DNA of 64,000 nucleotides from an uncultured Pseudanabaenaceae cyanobacterium (GCA_938017515.1 CALIJJ010000209.1:10108-74107), one strand, 5' to 3'. Positions 10,066-19,585 are shown, counted from the first letter of the stretch. The notes: generated by a model from the letters alone, not told the origin. Made by a program: numbers and translations.

Positions 10066-10474
10066 TCGCCCCTAAATGGGCGCTCTGCTCTGGGAATGTC
10101 TCGGAATGAGAGCCTTTGGTTGATTTTGCTCCGTTGGCTCATCCCTGGGCCTGCTGTTTCACCCCCATTAAGTATTGAGAGTTATTTCAGTTTCTCAGGA
10201 ATGAGTCAAATTTCTCAGGAATAAATCAAATTTATTCAGCACTTTGTCTACGCTCAAAAGGTCCATTGACTTTTGATTGGGGGGTGATCACCCCCACACC
10301 GTTCTAAAAAATCCTGGGCAATCAGTATTAAAGCTCACTCGGGGTATCTAATGCTTGCCATAGACAGTTCTCCGGGTTAAGCAGTACATTCGAGGCTGCA
10401 AATTTGACCGGCTGTCGCCATGAGCAGGCCTATGAAGGTCCAATGCTTTTGGTAACTGACCAAGGAGGTTCTGC

Positions 10475-11410
10475 TTGAAACCTGTGACGCTGCATCAATT
10501 GAGAGTGTTTGAAGCGGCTGCCAGGCATAATAGCTTCACCCGCGCGGCCGAAGAACTCTATTTGACCCAGCCGACAGTCTCGATCCAGGTCAAACAGCTG
10601 ACCAAAGCGATTGGCATGCCCCTCTTTGAACAGGTGGGAAAGAAGCTGTTTCTGACGGATGCGGGCCGAGAGCTATACGCAGCAAGTAAGGATGTCTTTG
10701 AACGGTTATCTCAGCTAGAGATGACCATGGCTGATTTGCAGGGCATGAAGCAAGGAACGCTGCGTCTTGCGGTCATCACCACAGCCAACTACTTCATTCC
10801 TCGTTTGCTGGGGCCTTTCTGCCAGGAGTATCCAGGCATCAATGTATCTTTGCAGGTGACCAACCACGAGGGCTTGCTGGAACGTCTGAGTGACAACCAG
10901 GACGACCTCTACATCCTCAGCCGCGCACCGTCGGGCAAGGACTATGCGGCACAGCCATTTCTGGATAACCCGCTGGTCGTCATTGCTCCGATTAATCATC
11001 CCCTGGCGGGTAAGAAAGAGATCAGTATTCAGCGCCTCGCAGAGGAGCCCCTAATTATGCGAGAGCAGGGCTCGGGGACGCGGGAAGCAGCCGAAAAACT
11101 CTTTGAAGCGGCTGGGGTCCAGATGAACGTCAAGCTGGACTTGGGCAGCAATGAGGCGATCAAGCAGGCGATTTTGGGGGGCTTGGGCCTGTCGATTTTG
11201 TCGTACCACACGCTGACGTCTCTTGGCGAAACGCCCATGCTGACGGTCTTGGACGTGGAAGGCTTCCCGATTCATCGGCAGTGGCACTTGATGTACCCCC
11301 AGGGGAAGCAGCTCTCTGTGGTCGCTGCCACGTTCCGAGATTATTTGTTGGCGGAAAGCAAGAAGTTGGGCGAAGACATCAACCTGGATCAGGTGATGCG
11401 GGGTCGCTAG
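10475..11410 (+). CDS. LysR-family transcriptional regulator, CbbR subfamily (NdhR/CcmR/CmpR-like)
   Basis: N-terminal HTH (LRVFEAAARHNSFTRAAEELYLTQPTVSIQVKQLTK) closely resembles the cyanobacterial CCM regulators NdhR/CmpR. TTG start at 10475 is preceded by SD aaggagg. Overlaps the pip stop by 4 nt (convergent). Confidence 0.8.
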   Translation: MKPVTLHQLRVFEAAARHNSFTRAAEELYLTQPTVSIQVKQLTKAIGMPLFEQVGKKLFLTDAGRELYAASKDVFERLSQLEMTMADLQGMKQGTLRLAVITTANYFIPRLLGPFCQEYPGINVSLQVTNHEGLLERLSDNQDDLYILSRAPSGKDYAAQPFLDNPLVVIAPINHPLAGKKEISIQRLAEEPLIMREQGSGTREAAEKLFEAAGVQMNVKLDLGSNEAIKQAILGGLGLSILSYHTLTSLGETPMLTVLDVEGFPIHRQWHLMYPQGKQLSVVAATFRDYLLAESKKLGEDINLDQVMRGR

Positions 11411-12357
11411 GCAAGCTGGGCAAAGCGATCGCTTGCCTCTATCAGGGCGCTACGAATCCCTGTTTCTGACATGGAGTGACCGGCATCTCCGACAATCACC
11501 AGCTCTGCTTCGGGCCAGGCTCGGTGCAGGTCCCAGGCTGAGCGCATGGGGCAAACCACATCGTAGCGACCCTGCACAATGACTGCGGGTAAATGGCGGA
11601 TGGTGCCCACATTGCGCAGCAGCTGGTCGTCCGTTTCAAAAAAACCGTTGTTGATGAAGTAGTGGCATTCAATCCGAGCAAAGGCTACTGCGAATTCGTC
11701 TTCGCCAAAGACTTGCATCAGGTTCGCATCGGGTAAGAGCTTGCTGGTGCTGCCCTCCCAGATCGACCAAGCCCGCGCAGCTTCTTGGCGAATTTTGGGG
11801 TCTGGGCTAGTGAGCCGTTTGTAATAGGCTGCCACGAGATTATCCCGTTCCCCCACTGGAATGGGCTTGAGATAGGCTTCCCAGGCATCCGGGAAGATAT
11901 GGCTGGCTCCCTCTTGGTAAAACCATTGGATTTCCTGGCGGCGCAGCATGAAAATACCCCGCAGAATCAGCCCGAGAGAGCGTTCTGGGTGTGTCTGGGC
12001 ATAGGCTAGGGAGAGCGTGCTGCCCCAACTGCCGCCGAAAACCACCCACTGCTCGATCCCCAGATGCTGACGCAACACTTCGATGTCACTGACCAAGTGC
12101 CAAGTGCTGTTGTCGCGTAGTTCTGCGTGGGGGGTACTGTGGCCGCAGCCACGCTGATCGAATTGAATGATGCGCCACTGGCTGGCATCAAAGTATTGTC
12201 GGTAGGAAGGCTGGGATCCTCCGCCGGGCCCGCCGTGCAGGACGATCACCGGGAGGCCGTCGGGATTGCCGCTTTCCTCAAAATAAATCGTGTGCAGGTC
12301 GGAGACCTGAAGCATGCCGCGACCGTAGGGCTCAATAGGGGGATAGAGGTGACGCAT
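11407..12357 (-). CDS. pip: Prolyl aminopeptidase (proline iminopeptidase)
   Basis: Alpha/beta hydrolase with GGSWGS nucleophile elbow. N-terminal MRHLYPPIEPY...HGGPGGG is the classic Pip signature. Confidence 0.85.
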   Translation of the reverse strand: MRHLYPPIEPYGRGMLQVSDLHTIYFEESGNPDGLPVIVLHGGPGGGSQPSYRQYFDASQWRIIQFDQRGCGHSTPHAELRDNSTWHLVSDIEVLRQHLGIEQWVVFGGSWGSTLSLAYAQTHPERSLGLILRGIFMLRRQEIQWFYQEGASHIFPDAWEAYLKPIPVGERDNLVAAYYKRLTSPDPKIRQEAARAWSIWEGSTSKLLPDANLMQVFGEDEFAVAFARIECHYFINNGFFETDDQLLRNVGTIRHLPAVIVQGRYDVVCPMRSAWDLHRAWPEAELVIVGDAGHSMSETGIRSALIEASDRFAQLA

Positions 12358-12606
12358 GGCAGGAAAATCGGGTGAGGTGGAGCCCAGCTTTCGGTCAAGC
12401 TAGGTTGCAGGTGTGTTCAGTCCTAAGGGATACACGTTAAGCTGTCAATACTTGCCCCTTAGGGGGTCCTTTTTGTGGCAATCGTGCTGAGTTCTGTCTT
12501 GACTCGATTTGGGCGCTGTTGTTAGTCGCTCGAACTCAGGCAGAGGCAAAGTCTAGCGCGAATTTCCACCGCAAGCACAAGTCATTTCGGTGCAGAGGGA
12601 GCAAGG

Positions 12607-13614
12607 ATGAATCAAAATCACCCTGGGCTAAGAGTTCCGTCAATTCTTCGCCCGGCTGTTTTGCTATTTGATGGGTTGTCTGGGCGCGATCGCCGTCGTG
12701 CCCGCCATCTAAAGGATGACTTGGAAGCCCTGCGCCAAGAATCGCTCCAATTCGAACAGGACCGGACGGCACTTCAGGAGGAAGTGAGCCAACTGCGCAA
12801 GCGGTTGAAGGGTAGTACCCTAGAGCTCCAGCAAGAATTAAATCAACGATTGGCAGAAACTGAACGTCTCAAGCAATCCCTGCGAGAGCTGCGCCAGGAG
12901 CAGGAGCAGGAGCAGCGCCGTCAGGCTCAATTGCAGGCGCAAATTGCGCAAAAGACGGACCAGTGTGCTCGCCTAGAAAAAGAAATGACAACATCTGCGG
13001 CTGCCAATCAGCAATTGCAGACGGATTTGCTAGAGATTGAGGAACTGGTTCAGCAGACGTGGGATGAAAACATGATGCTGGGGCGGGAAAATCAATCCCT
13101 GCATCAAGACCACACGAGTCAAGATGCTTACTTTCGAGTGGTGGTTGAGCAGCTCGAAGCATTTGAGCAGCGACTACGGGCGAAGGGAGCAGAGGCTTGG
13201 CAGGATTTTCGTGACATTTGGAAAAGCTTAAATCTGCACGAAACGCTCTTTCCCATTGCGCCCCTGGAGACGGTAAACACCGATGATGTCGATCTATCCG
13301 CCTTGCATTTGGCGTTGGTGGGGGGCCATGACTCGACCCGACGGGGCGTCATTGAGTTGCTGTCGAGCCATGGTTTGAAACATGTGGTTGAGGTGGAGCC
13401 CGCTAGCCAGCGCAGGATTAGCCAAAGCCGGGTGAAGGCGAAGATTCAGCACTGTGATTTGGTGGTTGTGATCTCAGGCTATATGAGCCATAAAATGACC
13501 GACATCCTCAATAATCTGGATCAGAATGATGCTTTAGCTGGGAAGCGCTTATATCCCAAGTGTCGGGGTAGTACAGGGGTGGCCCGAGAAATTCTCTTGC
13601 ATCTGCAAGAGTAG
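12607..13614 (+). CDS. Coiled-coil protein with C-terminal DUF2325-like domain
   Basis: The first ~130 aa are heptad-rich (LQEEVSQLRKRL..., QEQEQRRQAQLQAQ). The C-terminal ~100 aa (ALVGGHDSTRRGVIELL...DLVVVISGYMSHKMTDIL) resembles DUF2325. This is recalled from memory and unverified. Confidence 0.55.
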   Translation: MNQNHPGLRVPSILRPAVLLFDGLSGRDRRRARHLKDDLEALRQESLQFEQDRTALQEEVSQLRKRLKGSTLELQQELNQRLAETERLKQSLRELRQEQEQEQRRQAQLQAQIAQKTDQCARLEKEMTTSAAANQQLQTDLLEIEELVQQTWDENMMLGRENQSLHQDHTSQDAYFRVVVEQLEAFEQRLRAKGAEAWQDFRDIWKSLNLHETLFPIAPLETVNTDDVDLSALHLALVGGHDSTRRGVIELLSSHGLKHVVEVEPASQRRISQSRVKAKIQHCDLVVVISGYMSHKMTDILNNLDQNDALAGKRLYPKCRGSTGVAREILLHLQE

Positions 13615-13711
13615 TTGTGTATCCATCTTTTTGGCTCTCAATCCTGAGCGGATGGGAGGTTGTGATGATTTAGCGAAGACAATTCTTTTTTAGACTATTA
13701 TTTTTTAGACA

Positions 13712-14272
13712 ATGATTAAACTCTATGGCGGTGCTCGCAGTCGTGCATCCATTGTTCAGTGGTATTTAGAGGAACTCGAGCTTCCCTACGAGTTTGTCCT
13801 GCTTGACATGGCAGCAGGGGAACATCGCCAAGCGCCCTATACGGACATTAATCCCTTTGGGAAGGTACCGGGTCTGGTAGATGGGGAGGTGACGCTGTTT
13901 GAAACTGGGGCAATTCTGTTGTATCTGGCGGAGCAGTATGGCGAGCTGAAGGGAGCTGACCTTGCAACCCGTTCCATCGCGAACCAGTGGATCCTCTACA
14001 CCAATGCCACATTTGGCCCCGGTGTCTTTGTGGAAGCGACGCGCGACCAAGAGCTGCCGCGCCATATGGCGACCCTAGAAATGATCTTTGCGCAGCAGGC
14101 GTTTGTTGTGGGCGATCGCTTTACAGTTGCAGATGCAGCTTTGGGCTCGATGCTGAACTATGTCCCCATGATGCTGAAGCAAGACCTCAGCGAATACACG
14201 GCGACAACAGCCTATATGCAGCGTATTATGGCGCGACCCGCCTACGCAAAGGTGATGCTGAAGCGTGGCTGA
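13712..14272 (+). CDS. Glutathione S-transferase
   Basis: Thioredoxin-like N-domain (MIKLYGGARSRASIVQWYLEE...) with conserved GST features, plus a helical C-domain. Confidence 0.8.
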   Translation: MIKLYGGARSRASIVQWYLEELELPYEFVLLDMAAGEHRQAPYTDINPFGKVPGLVDGEVTLFETGAILLYLAEQYGELKGADLATRSIANQWILYTNATFGPGVFVEATRDQELPRHMATLEMIFAQQAFVVGDRFTVADAALGSMLNYVPMMLKQDLSEYTATTAYMQRIMARPAYAKVMLKRG

Positions 14273-14416
14273 TCTCTATAAAGCCATAACCCCTATCAAT
14301 AAACAACATTGCATCACTAAACAAATTATTGCGCTCCACTACAGTTGTAGAGCGTAGAGCGATATGTTTTGAGTGTTTCAAATGCTTAACATGTCAGCGC
14401 CTGAGGAGGCTCCACC

Positions 14417-14887
14417 ATGGTTGGCCCCGTTCGTCCGAAATCCCAGTCTTGCCGCTTGATTCCCCACCTGGTCGTCCATGATGCGGAGATGGCGATCGCC
14501 TTCTACCGCAATGCCTTTGGCGCAGAAGAGGTCTATCGCATGCCTACGCCCGAGGGCAGCCAGTTGCTCCACGTCGAAATGCGGGTGGGTGAGCTCTCGA
14601 TCTACCTCTGCGATGAGTTTCCCGAAATGAGCACCCCGTCCCCCCATACGCTCCATGGCTCTCCGGTGACGCTGCATTTGGAGGTTGAGGACGTAGATAA
14701 TTGGTTTGAGCGAGCGATTCGTGCCGGGGCTGCTGTGCTCACCCCCCTGGAGAATATGTTTTGGGGACAGCGCTATGGCAAATTGGTCGATCCCTTTGGC
14801 CATCACTGGTCCATCGCCAGTGCTGTGGACTCTGTTGCCGATGGTGAGATGGGTGAACGTGTAGAACAAGAGATGTTTGCCCTATGA
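14417..14887 (+). CDS. VOC-family (glyoxalase/bleomycin-resistance/PhnB-like) protein
   Basis: Two betaalphabetabetabeta modules with metal-binding His/Glu (HLVVHD, HVEMRV, HHWS). SD gaggagg lies upstream. Confidence 0.75.
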   Translation: MVGPVRPKSQSCRLIPHLVVHDAEMAIAFYRNAFGAEEVYRMPTPEGSQLLHVEMRVGELSIYLCDEFPEMSTPSPHTLHGSPVTLHLEVEDVDNWFERAIRAGAAVLTPLENMFWGQRYGKLVDPFGHHWSIASAVDSVADGEMGERVEQEMFAL

Positions 14888-15918
14888 GCGATCGCGAGCA
14901 TGAGGCTGAACAGGACATTGATGATCCCGTGACAGATGACCCCATGACAGATGACCCCGTGACAGATGACCCGGTCATCAATGAAGAAGATGCTGCTGGG
15001 GTTGACCGTGCGACCATGAGCCCGGATTGGCGTCGTGTCGCACGCCAAGGGAAAAATGACTGGTGGCGCTATGTTCTGGGGATTTTTCTGTTCTTGTTCT
15101 GCTTTCTGCTCGTGGGCGGTATCGGTACAGGCATGGTGCTGTCGGTTAGCTTGCTTGCTGGTGGGGTGCCGGTGGAGGAGTTAACGGTGGCGCTGAAAAA
15201 TTTTTTGATGCGACCCTCGATCGCGGCGTTTGTTGCCAATAATATCTCGTTTGTTTTTGGTGTGTTGGGGCTCATGGTGGTGCTGCCTGTCCTGCATCGC
15301 CGTCCATTTCTGTCGTTATTGGGAGCACGCTTAGGATTCCGGTGGCCCCCTTTTCTTGCCTCCTTTGGGCTTTGGTTTGCCATGCTCTCGATCCTAGGCA
15401 TGCTGGGCTATGCTCTGGAGCCCAATGAATTTATTGTGACGTTTAATCCACGCCTGTGGACCAGTTTGCTGTTGGTGACGATTCCCCTCACCTTTATTCA
15501 GGTGTCCTGTGAAGAGCTATTTTTTCGAGGTTATCTCCTCCAGGGTCTAGGACTGCTGATTCGTTCAAAGATTGTGTTGGCTGTGCTCGGTGCGATTCCG
15601 TTTGCGGTGGTTCATTTCTGGAATCCTGAAATGGATCGAGGCTTGGGCTGGATGGCGTCTTATTATTTGGCTTTTGGCATTGTGGCCAACTGGCTGACGC
15701 TGAAGGAAAACCGATTGGAGCTCGCACTAGGGTTTCACTTAGCGATTAACTATTTTGGAATTCTGATTATCAGCAGTACTGATTCAGTGTTGCCTGCGCC
15801 ATCGATTTTTACGGTGGATGCGACGGGGAGTCCAATGTGGTCGGTGCTGGTGTTTTTGGTCGAATTTGTAATTTTCTATGGTCTCTTTTTCAAGTGGCGC
15901 AGGCGACGGCGTGCGTAA
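14884..15918 (+). CDS. CPBP-family intramembrane metalloprotease (CAAX protease / Abi-like)
   Basis: Polytopic membrane protein with the CPBP motifs EELFFRG and FxxxH. Overlaps the VOC gene by 4 nt (ATGA), so the two are likely co-transcribed. Has an acidic N-terminal DDPVT tandem repeat. Confidence 0.75.
   Translation: MSDREHEAEQDIDDPVTDDPMTDDPVTDDPVINEEDAAGVDRATMSPDWRRVARQGKNDWWRYVLGIFLFLFCFLLVGGIGTGMVLSVSLLAGGVPVEELTVALKNFLMRPSIAAFVANNISFVFGVLGLMVVLPVLHRRPFLSLLGARLGFRWPPFLASFGLWFAMLSILGMLGYALEPNEFIVTFNPRLWTSLLLVTIPLTFIQVSCEELFFRGYLLQGLGLLIRSKIVLAVLGAIPFAVVHFWNPEMDRGLGWMASYYLAFGIVANWLTLKENRLELALGFHLAINYFGILIISSTDSVLPAPSIFTVDATGSPMWSVLVFLVEFVIFYGLFFKWRRRRRA
14920..14980 (+). repeat. 15-bp tandem repeats (about 4 units) encoding DDPVT/DDPMT in the CPBP N-terminus
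   Basis: gatgatcccgtgaca, gatgaccccatgaca, gatgaccccgtgaca and gatgacccggtcatc. Confidence 0.75.
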
Positions 15919-15986
15919 TCTCAATCTGCTGAAGCGCTATGGTAACTGACTGCTGAGGAAAGCAAGGGCGATTCAAGCTTTTTAGG

Positions 15987-16631
15987 TCAGTCGAGTTGCG
16001 ATCGCAATTGACGACGCACTGACCGTAACGCCGGACTCCGCCCCTTCTCAATACTCTCCTGCAACAGCTGTCTTACCAGCTCAATCACCGGAAAATTAGG
16101 AAATACATTACTCTCAGAACACTCTACATATCCCGGCCCCTGTAACCCATAAATCTTCAGTGACCCAGCTTCGTAGCACCATAATTCCTGGACACCAAGC
16201 GTTGCATAGGCTTCAATCCGCGTCTTTGATGTTACATCAATCTCAATGGCAAGATCCGGTGGTGGGTCTACTGTTAGATCAACCCGTCGTTTGCCCCGCA
16301 TCTGAACATGATTCTCGATGTAAAAACATTGATCTGGCTCGATGCCGCTGCTCATTTCTTGTCGCTGAAACGTCGTAGAGCCAAAACACTCGCAATCCAG
16401 CTCCAACTCATCCAGCAAAATTTTGACAAAATCACCGATGAGCTCCTTGTCCACCTCATGTTCGGGCGTTGGCATCCGAATCTCCAGAACGCTTTGATTG
16501 TAGGCAATACGTGAAGCTCGTTGTTCTCCGAGTTCGGCCAAAATACGCTCAAACTCATCCCAGCTCACATCCTGGATTCTCAAGGTCTGACCCGGCAAGA
16601 CATCCAACTGTCGTAATTGCAGTGTGACCAT
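15987..16631 (-). CDS. Uma2-family (DUF820) endonuclease-like protein
   Basis: 214 aa, paralogous in fold signature to the 7852 and 47100 genes (conserved D...E.K core PDLAIEID). Lies 128 bp downstream of the ABC exporter on the same strand. Confidence 0.8.
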   Translation of the reverse strand: MVTLQLRQLDVLPGQTLRIQDVSWDEFERILAELGEQRASRIAYNQSVLEIRMPTPEHEVDKELIGDFVKILLDELELDCECFGSTTFQRQEMSSGIEPDQCFYIENHVQMRGKRRVDLTVDPPPDLAIEIDVTSKTRIEAYATLGVQELWCYEAGSLKIYGLQGPGYVECSESNVFPNFPVIELVRQLLQESIEKGRSPALRSVRRQLRSQLD

Positions 16632-16705
16632 GACATCTCTATCCAGGGGCTACAGGTCCCATTTTACCGGCTATCCAAAGTCTGTCGCCATACATGTGTG
16701 GTTCG

Positions 16706-16735
16706 GTGAGAGGTTGTGCGATGAGAGGTTGTGCG
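16706..16735. repeat. Perfect 15-bp tandem duplication in the ABC-exporter/Uma2 spacer
   Basis: gagaggttgtgcgat repeated twice, directly abutting. Confidence 0.8.
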
Positions 16736-16759
16736 ATGAAGCTCTCCGCTGTCTTGCCG

Positions 16760-18622
16760 CTAAACGTAGCTACTGGCTTGGCGGGTGAACATGTCAGCGT
16801 AGAGACCGTTTTTCTCCATGAGTTCGTCGTGGTTGCCTTCCTCCAAGACTTCTCCATTTTCTAGTACAACAATGCGATCGGCCATCTTGGCCAAGGCCAA
16901 TCGGTGACTCACCACCACCGCCATGCGATCGCGCGTAATCGACCGGAAAATGCTGTAAATTTCCTGCTCGTTTTTCGGGTCTAGCGCTGCTGTGGGTTCA
17001 TCGAAAATCAGGAGTTCAGCACTGTTGAGGCGGATGAGGGCTCGGGCGATCGCAACCCGTTGCCACTGCCCCCCGGACAAATCGACACCATTCTCCAACT
17101 CCTTCCCCAATGGTGTCTCCAGCCCCTGCTCAAACTCCCGCGTCAGCTTGCCAATGCCCGCTTCGTCCAGCACCCGTTGGATGGCATCATCCTCGTCACG
17201 CTTGGCTTGGAAGCCCCAGCCGACGTTGTCCCGCAAACTAGTGGGAAAGCGGGAATAGTCCTGCATGACGACGGCGATGCGATCGCGCAAAGCCTCCAAA
17301 TCCAGCTCCCGATAATCCTTGCCGTTCCAGTAAATCGAGCCCTGGGTGGGGTCATAGAGTCGGCACAGCAACTTTCCGAGGGTGGTTTTTCCCGCGCCAT
17401 TTTCACCAACCAAGGCCACCATCTCACCCGGCTTGATGCGGAAGTTAACGCCTTTCAGGATGGGGCGCTCACCGCCGGGATACTCGAACTTGAGATCCTG
17501 AACCTCAATGCCGGTCTGCTTGACCGGATGATGCTCTCCCCGAGCATCGCCTGTCTGCCAAATATTGGCAGCAAGAGACTTCGGTGGAGAAATGAGCTCG
17601 GGTTGTAAGTCAAACAGTTGGAAAATTGGTTTTGTTGCGAGGGTGACATCGTAGAGATTGCCGATGTTGCCGATGAGCGAGTAGAGGCTACGCTGCATCT
17701 GAGCCACAATGCCGGTATAAAGGGCGATATCCCCCAGGGTAAAACGCCCTTGAACAACGCCGATGACCACATAGACATAGACAAAAGAGCCGCCCACAGC
17801 GCCGATGAACGACCAGGCCCCCATGGCGATCGCACCTTGCTTGCGCACCTTGAGCATGGCAGTGAAGACTTGCTCAAAGAGCGATCGCCACCGTTCGATC
17901 ATGATGGGTTGTAGGGAAAACAGCCGAATCTCTTTCGCATACTTTTCGCTGCGGATTAGGCGGGCATAGATTTCCTTCTCTCGGGAGGCTGCGGCCTGGG
18001 TTTCTTCCACGCGCCAGCTCTTGCGACGGTGGTGAATCTCGACGTAGACCGAAGGAGCCGTGACGCTAATCAGCAGCAGCGGAATCCACCAGGCCAGTGC
18101 GGCAGATAGGGCGATGGAGGGGACAAAGCTGAACAGACCTCGCAGCGTTTGGGTAATCATGATTGAGAGCCGCTGCAACCGTTGCACACCGCGCTGGGTC
18201 AATTCGACGATGTTGAGTAGCTCGGGGCGTTCGAATAGGGCAATGTCGTTGAACGTGGCCAGTTTTTCGAGGACACGGCCTTGGACGACGCCTTGGACGC
18301 GATCGCGCAGGGCGGCAAACAGTAGAATGTCCACGGTCGAAGCAACTTCGATGAGCAATCGCAGCGCCAGGCTGCCTACAATGGCCCAGAGCAGGATTGA
18401 ATCCTGGTTCATCACCGTACGCCAGTCTTCTACGGGTCCACTTTTGAGCAGGGTGGAGAGTTCGTCGATGACGACTTTGCCGAGAAAGAGGGCGATCGCT
18501 GGACCCAGGCCGGTGCCAATATTGAGAAGACCAAGCTGGGCCAATTCCTTGGGGGCCGACTGCACCACCAGCAGTAGGCTGCGGCGCATGGCTTGGGCAG
18601 GCTTTAGATCTGGAATTTGCAT
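16760..18622 (-). CDS. ABC exporter, fused permease/ATPase (MsbA-like type I exporter)
   Basis: Six predicted TM helices then an NBD (Walker A GENGAGKTT, signature LSGGQWQRVAIARAL, Walker B LLIFDEPTAALD). The track ORF runs to 18913, but that 97-aa extension is non-protein-like and overlaps a good + strand ORF. The start is taken at MQIPDL (18622). MRRSL (18589) is an alternative and aligns best with MsbA N-termini. Confidence 0.85.
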   Translation of the reverse strand: MQIPDLKPAQAMRRSLLLVVQSAPKELAQLGLLNIGTGLGPAIALFLGKVVIDELSTLLKSGPVEDWRTVMNQDSILLWAIVGSLALRLLIEVASTVDILLFAALRDRVQGVVQGRVLEKLATFNDIALFERPELLNIVELTQRGVQRLQRLSIMITQTLRGLFSFVPSIALSAALAWWIPLLLISVTAPSVYVEIHHRRKSWRVEETQAAASREKEIYARLIRSEKYAKEIRLFSLQPIMIERWRSLFEQVFTAMLKVRKQGAIAMGAWSFIGAVGGSFVYVYVVIGVVQGRFTLGDIALYTGIVAQMQRSLYSLIGNIGNLYDVTLATKPIFQLFDLQPELISPPKSLAANIWQTGDARGEHHPVKQTGIEVQDLKFEYPGGERPILKGVNFRIKPGEMVALVGENGAGKTTLGKLLCRLYDPTQGSIYWNGKDYRELDLEALRDRIAVVMQDYSRFPTSLRDNVGWGFQAKRDEDDAIQRVLDEAGIGKLTREFEQGLETPLGKELENGVDLSGGQWQRVAIARALIRLNSAELLIFDEPTAALDPKNEQEIYSIFRSITRDRMAVVVSHRLALAKMADRIVVLENGEVLEEGNHDELMEKNGLYADMFTRQASSYV

Positions 18623-18631
18623 AGGCAGCAG

Positions 18632-19585
18632 ATGAAAATTATCCTCAGTCGAAAAGGATTTGACTCCGGGACAGGCAAAGTCCCCAGTCCCATTCTGCCA
18701 ATGGCTGTCCCAACTGGTGTTACCCGTTCGGGTGAGAAAATGGCTCAATTGCCCGATGTATCTATGTCGGGACAGCTCTGCTCCCTCGCGATTCCAGAGA
18801 CCCAGACTGGAAAACATGGTCTGTGCTACCGAGATATCATCGGGGAACCCAAGGTTGCCAAACTCGTCCAGAATTTGACAGGGCAAAAACTCAAAGGCAG
18901 CCACTGCGTGCATCTTGATCCAGACTTAGCGGCTGGCCACCGACCTCGTCTGCCCGGTTGGCGACCCTGTTTTGGCCAAGCCGGAGCCGCAGAGCGACAT
19001 CTCCAAAATCAGGGGGTCGGGCCGGAGGATATTTTTTTGTTTTTTGGGTGGTTTCGGCAAGTGGAGTGGGTGCGGCGGCGCTATCGTTACGTCAAGCATG
19101 CGCCGGATTTACATGTCATCTTTGGTTGGTTGCAGGTGGCAGAGCGGTTGGCAGTGCAGGAGTCGGGCAGACTTCCGCACTGGGCGCGATCGCATCCCCA
19201 CGCCCAGGGCAAACCTTACGCTTCAGCGGATTCACTTTATCTGGCCACCCAGACCCTAAGACTCTCGGGAGAGCCTGGCATCATACCAGGCGGAGGCTGC
19301 TTCCCCGCGTTCCATCCCGCCCTCTGCCTGACCGATCGCGCGGGCCACAAACGGAGTCAGTGGCGCTTGCCTGCCTGGCTTTATCCTTTTCATCCCGGCG
19401 CAGAACGCACGCCGCTCAGTTACCACGGACGATCGGATCGATGGCAACTGAGGGATGATGCCACACTGTTGCAAAGTGTGGGTCGAGGCCAAGAATTTGT
19501 TTTGGATTGCGATGAGTATCCTGAGGCGATCGCCTGGCTAGCTCAACTGTTTAGCCTAGCCGATGGCTCATCAAATAAAATTTAG
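18632..19585 (+). CDS. Hypothetical protein (317 aa), function unknown
   Basis: Long ORF with protein-like composition and a conserved-looking N-terminus (MKIILSRKGFDSGTGKVPSPILP) and the motif IFLFFGWF. I have a vague and unreliable recollection of this N-terminal motif from 'Nmad3'-type proteins. The start lies 10 bp from the divergent ABC start. Confidence 0.5.
   Translation: MKIILSRKGFDSGTGKVPSPILPMAVPTGVTRSGEKMAQLPDVSMSGQLCSLAIPETQTGKHGLCYRDIIGEPKVAKLVQNLTGQKLKGSHCVHLDPDLAAGHRPRLPGWRPCFGQAGAAERHLQNQGVGPEDIFLFFGWFRQVEWVRRRYRYVKHAPDLHVIFGWLQVAERLAVQESGRLPHWARSHPHAQGKPYASADSLYLATQTLRLSGEPGIIPGGGCFPAFHPALCLTDRAGHKRSQWRLPAWLYPFHPGAERTPLSYHGRSDRWQLRDDATLLQSVGRGQEFVLDCDEYPEAIAWLAQLFSLADGSSNKI

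Noticed and set aside
12440-12480. Short G/C hairpin plus T-run upstream of the coiled-coil gene
   Set aside because: Stem of only 4-5 bp, and there is no upstream + strand gene. Probably fortuitous.
16760-18913. Track ORF giving the ABC exporter a 97-aa N-terminal extension
   Set aside because: The extension (MHAVAAFEFLPCQILDEFGNLGFPDD...) is W/C-rich, has no TM or signal character and lies antisense to a convincing 317-aa ORF. ABC exporters of this class start ~25 aa before TM1, which matches the MQIP/MRRSL starts.
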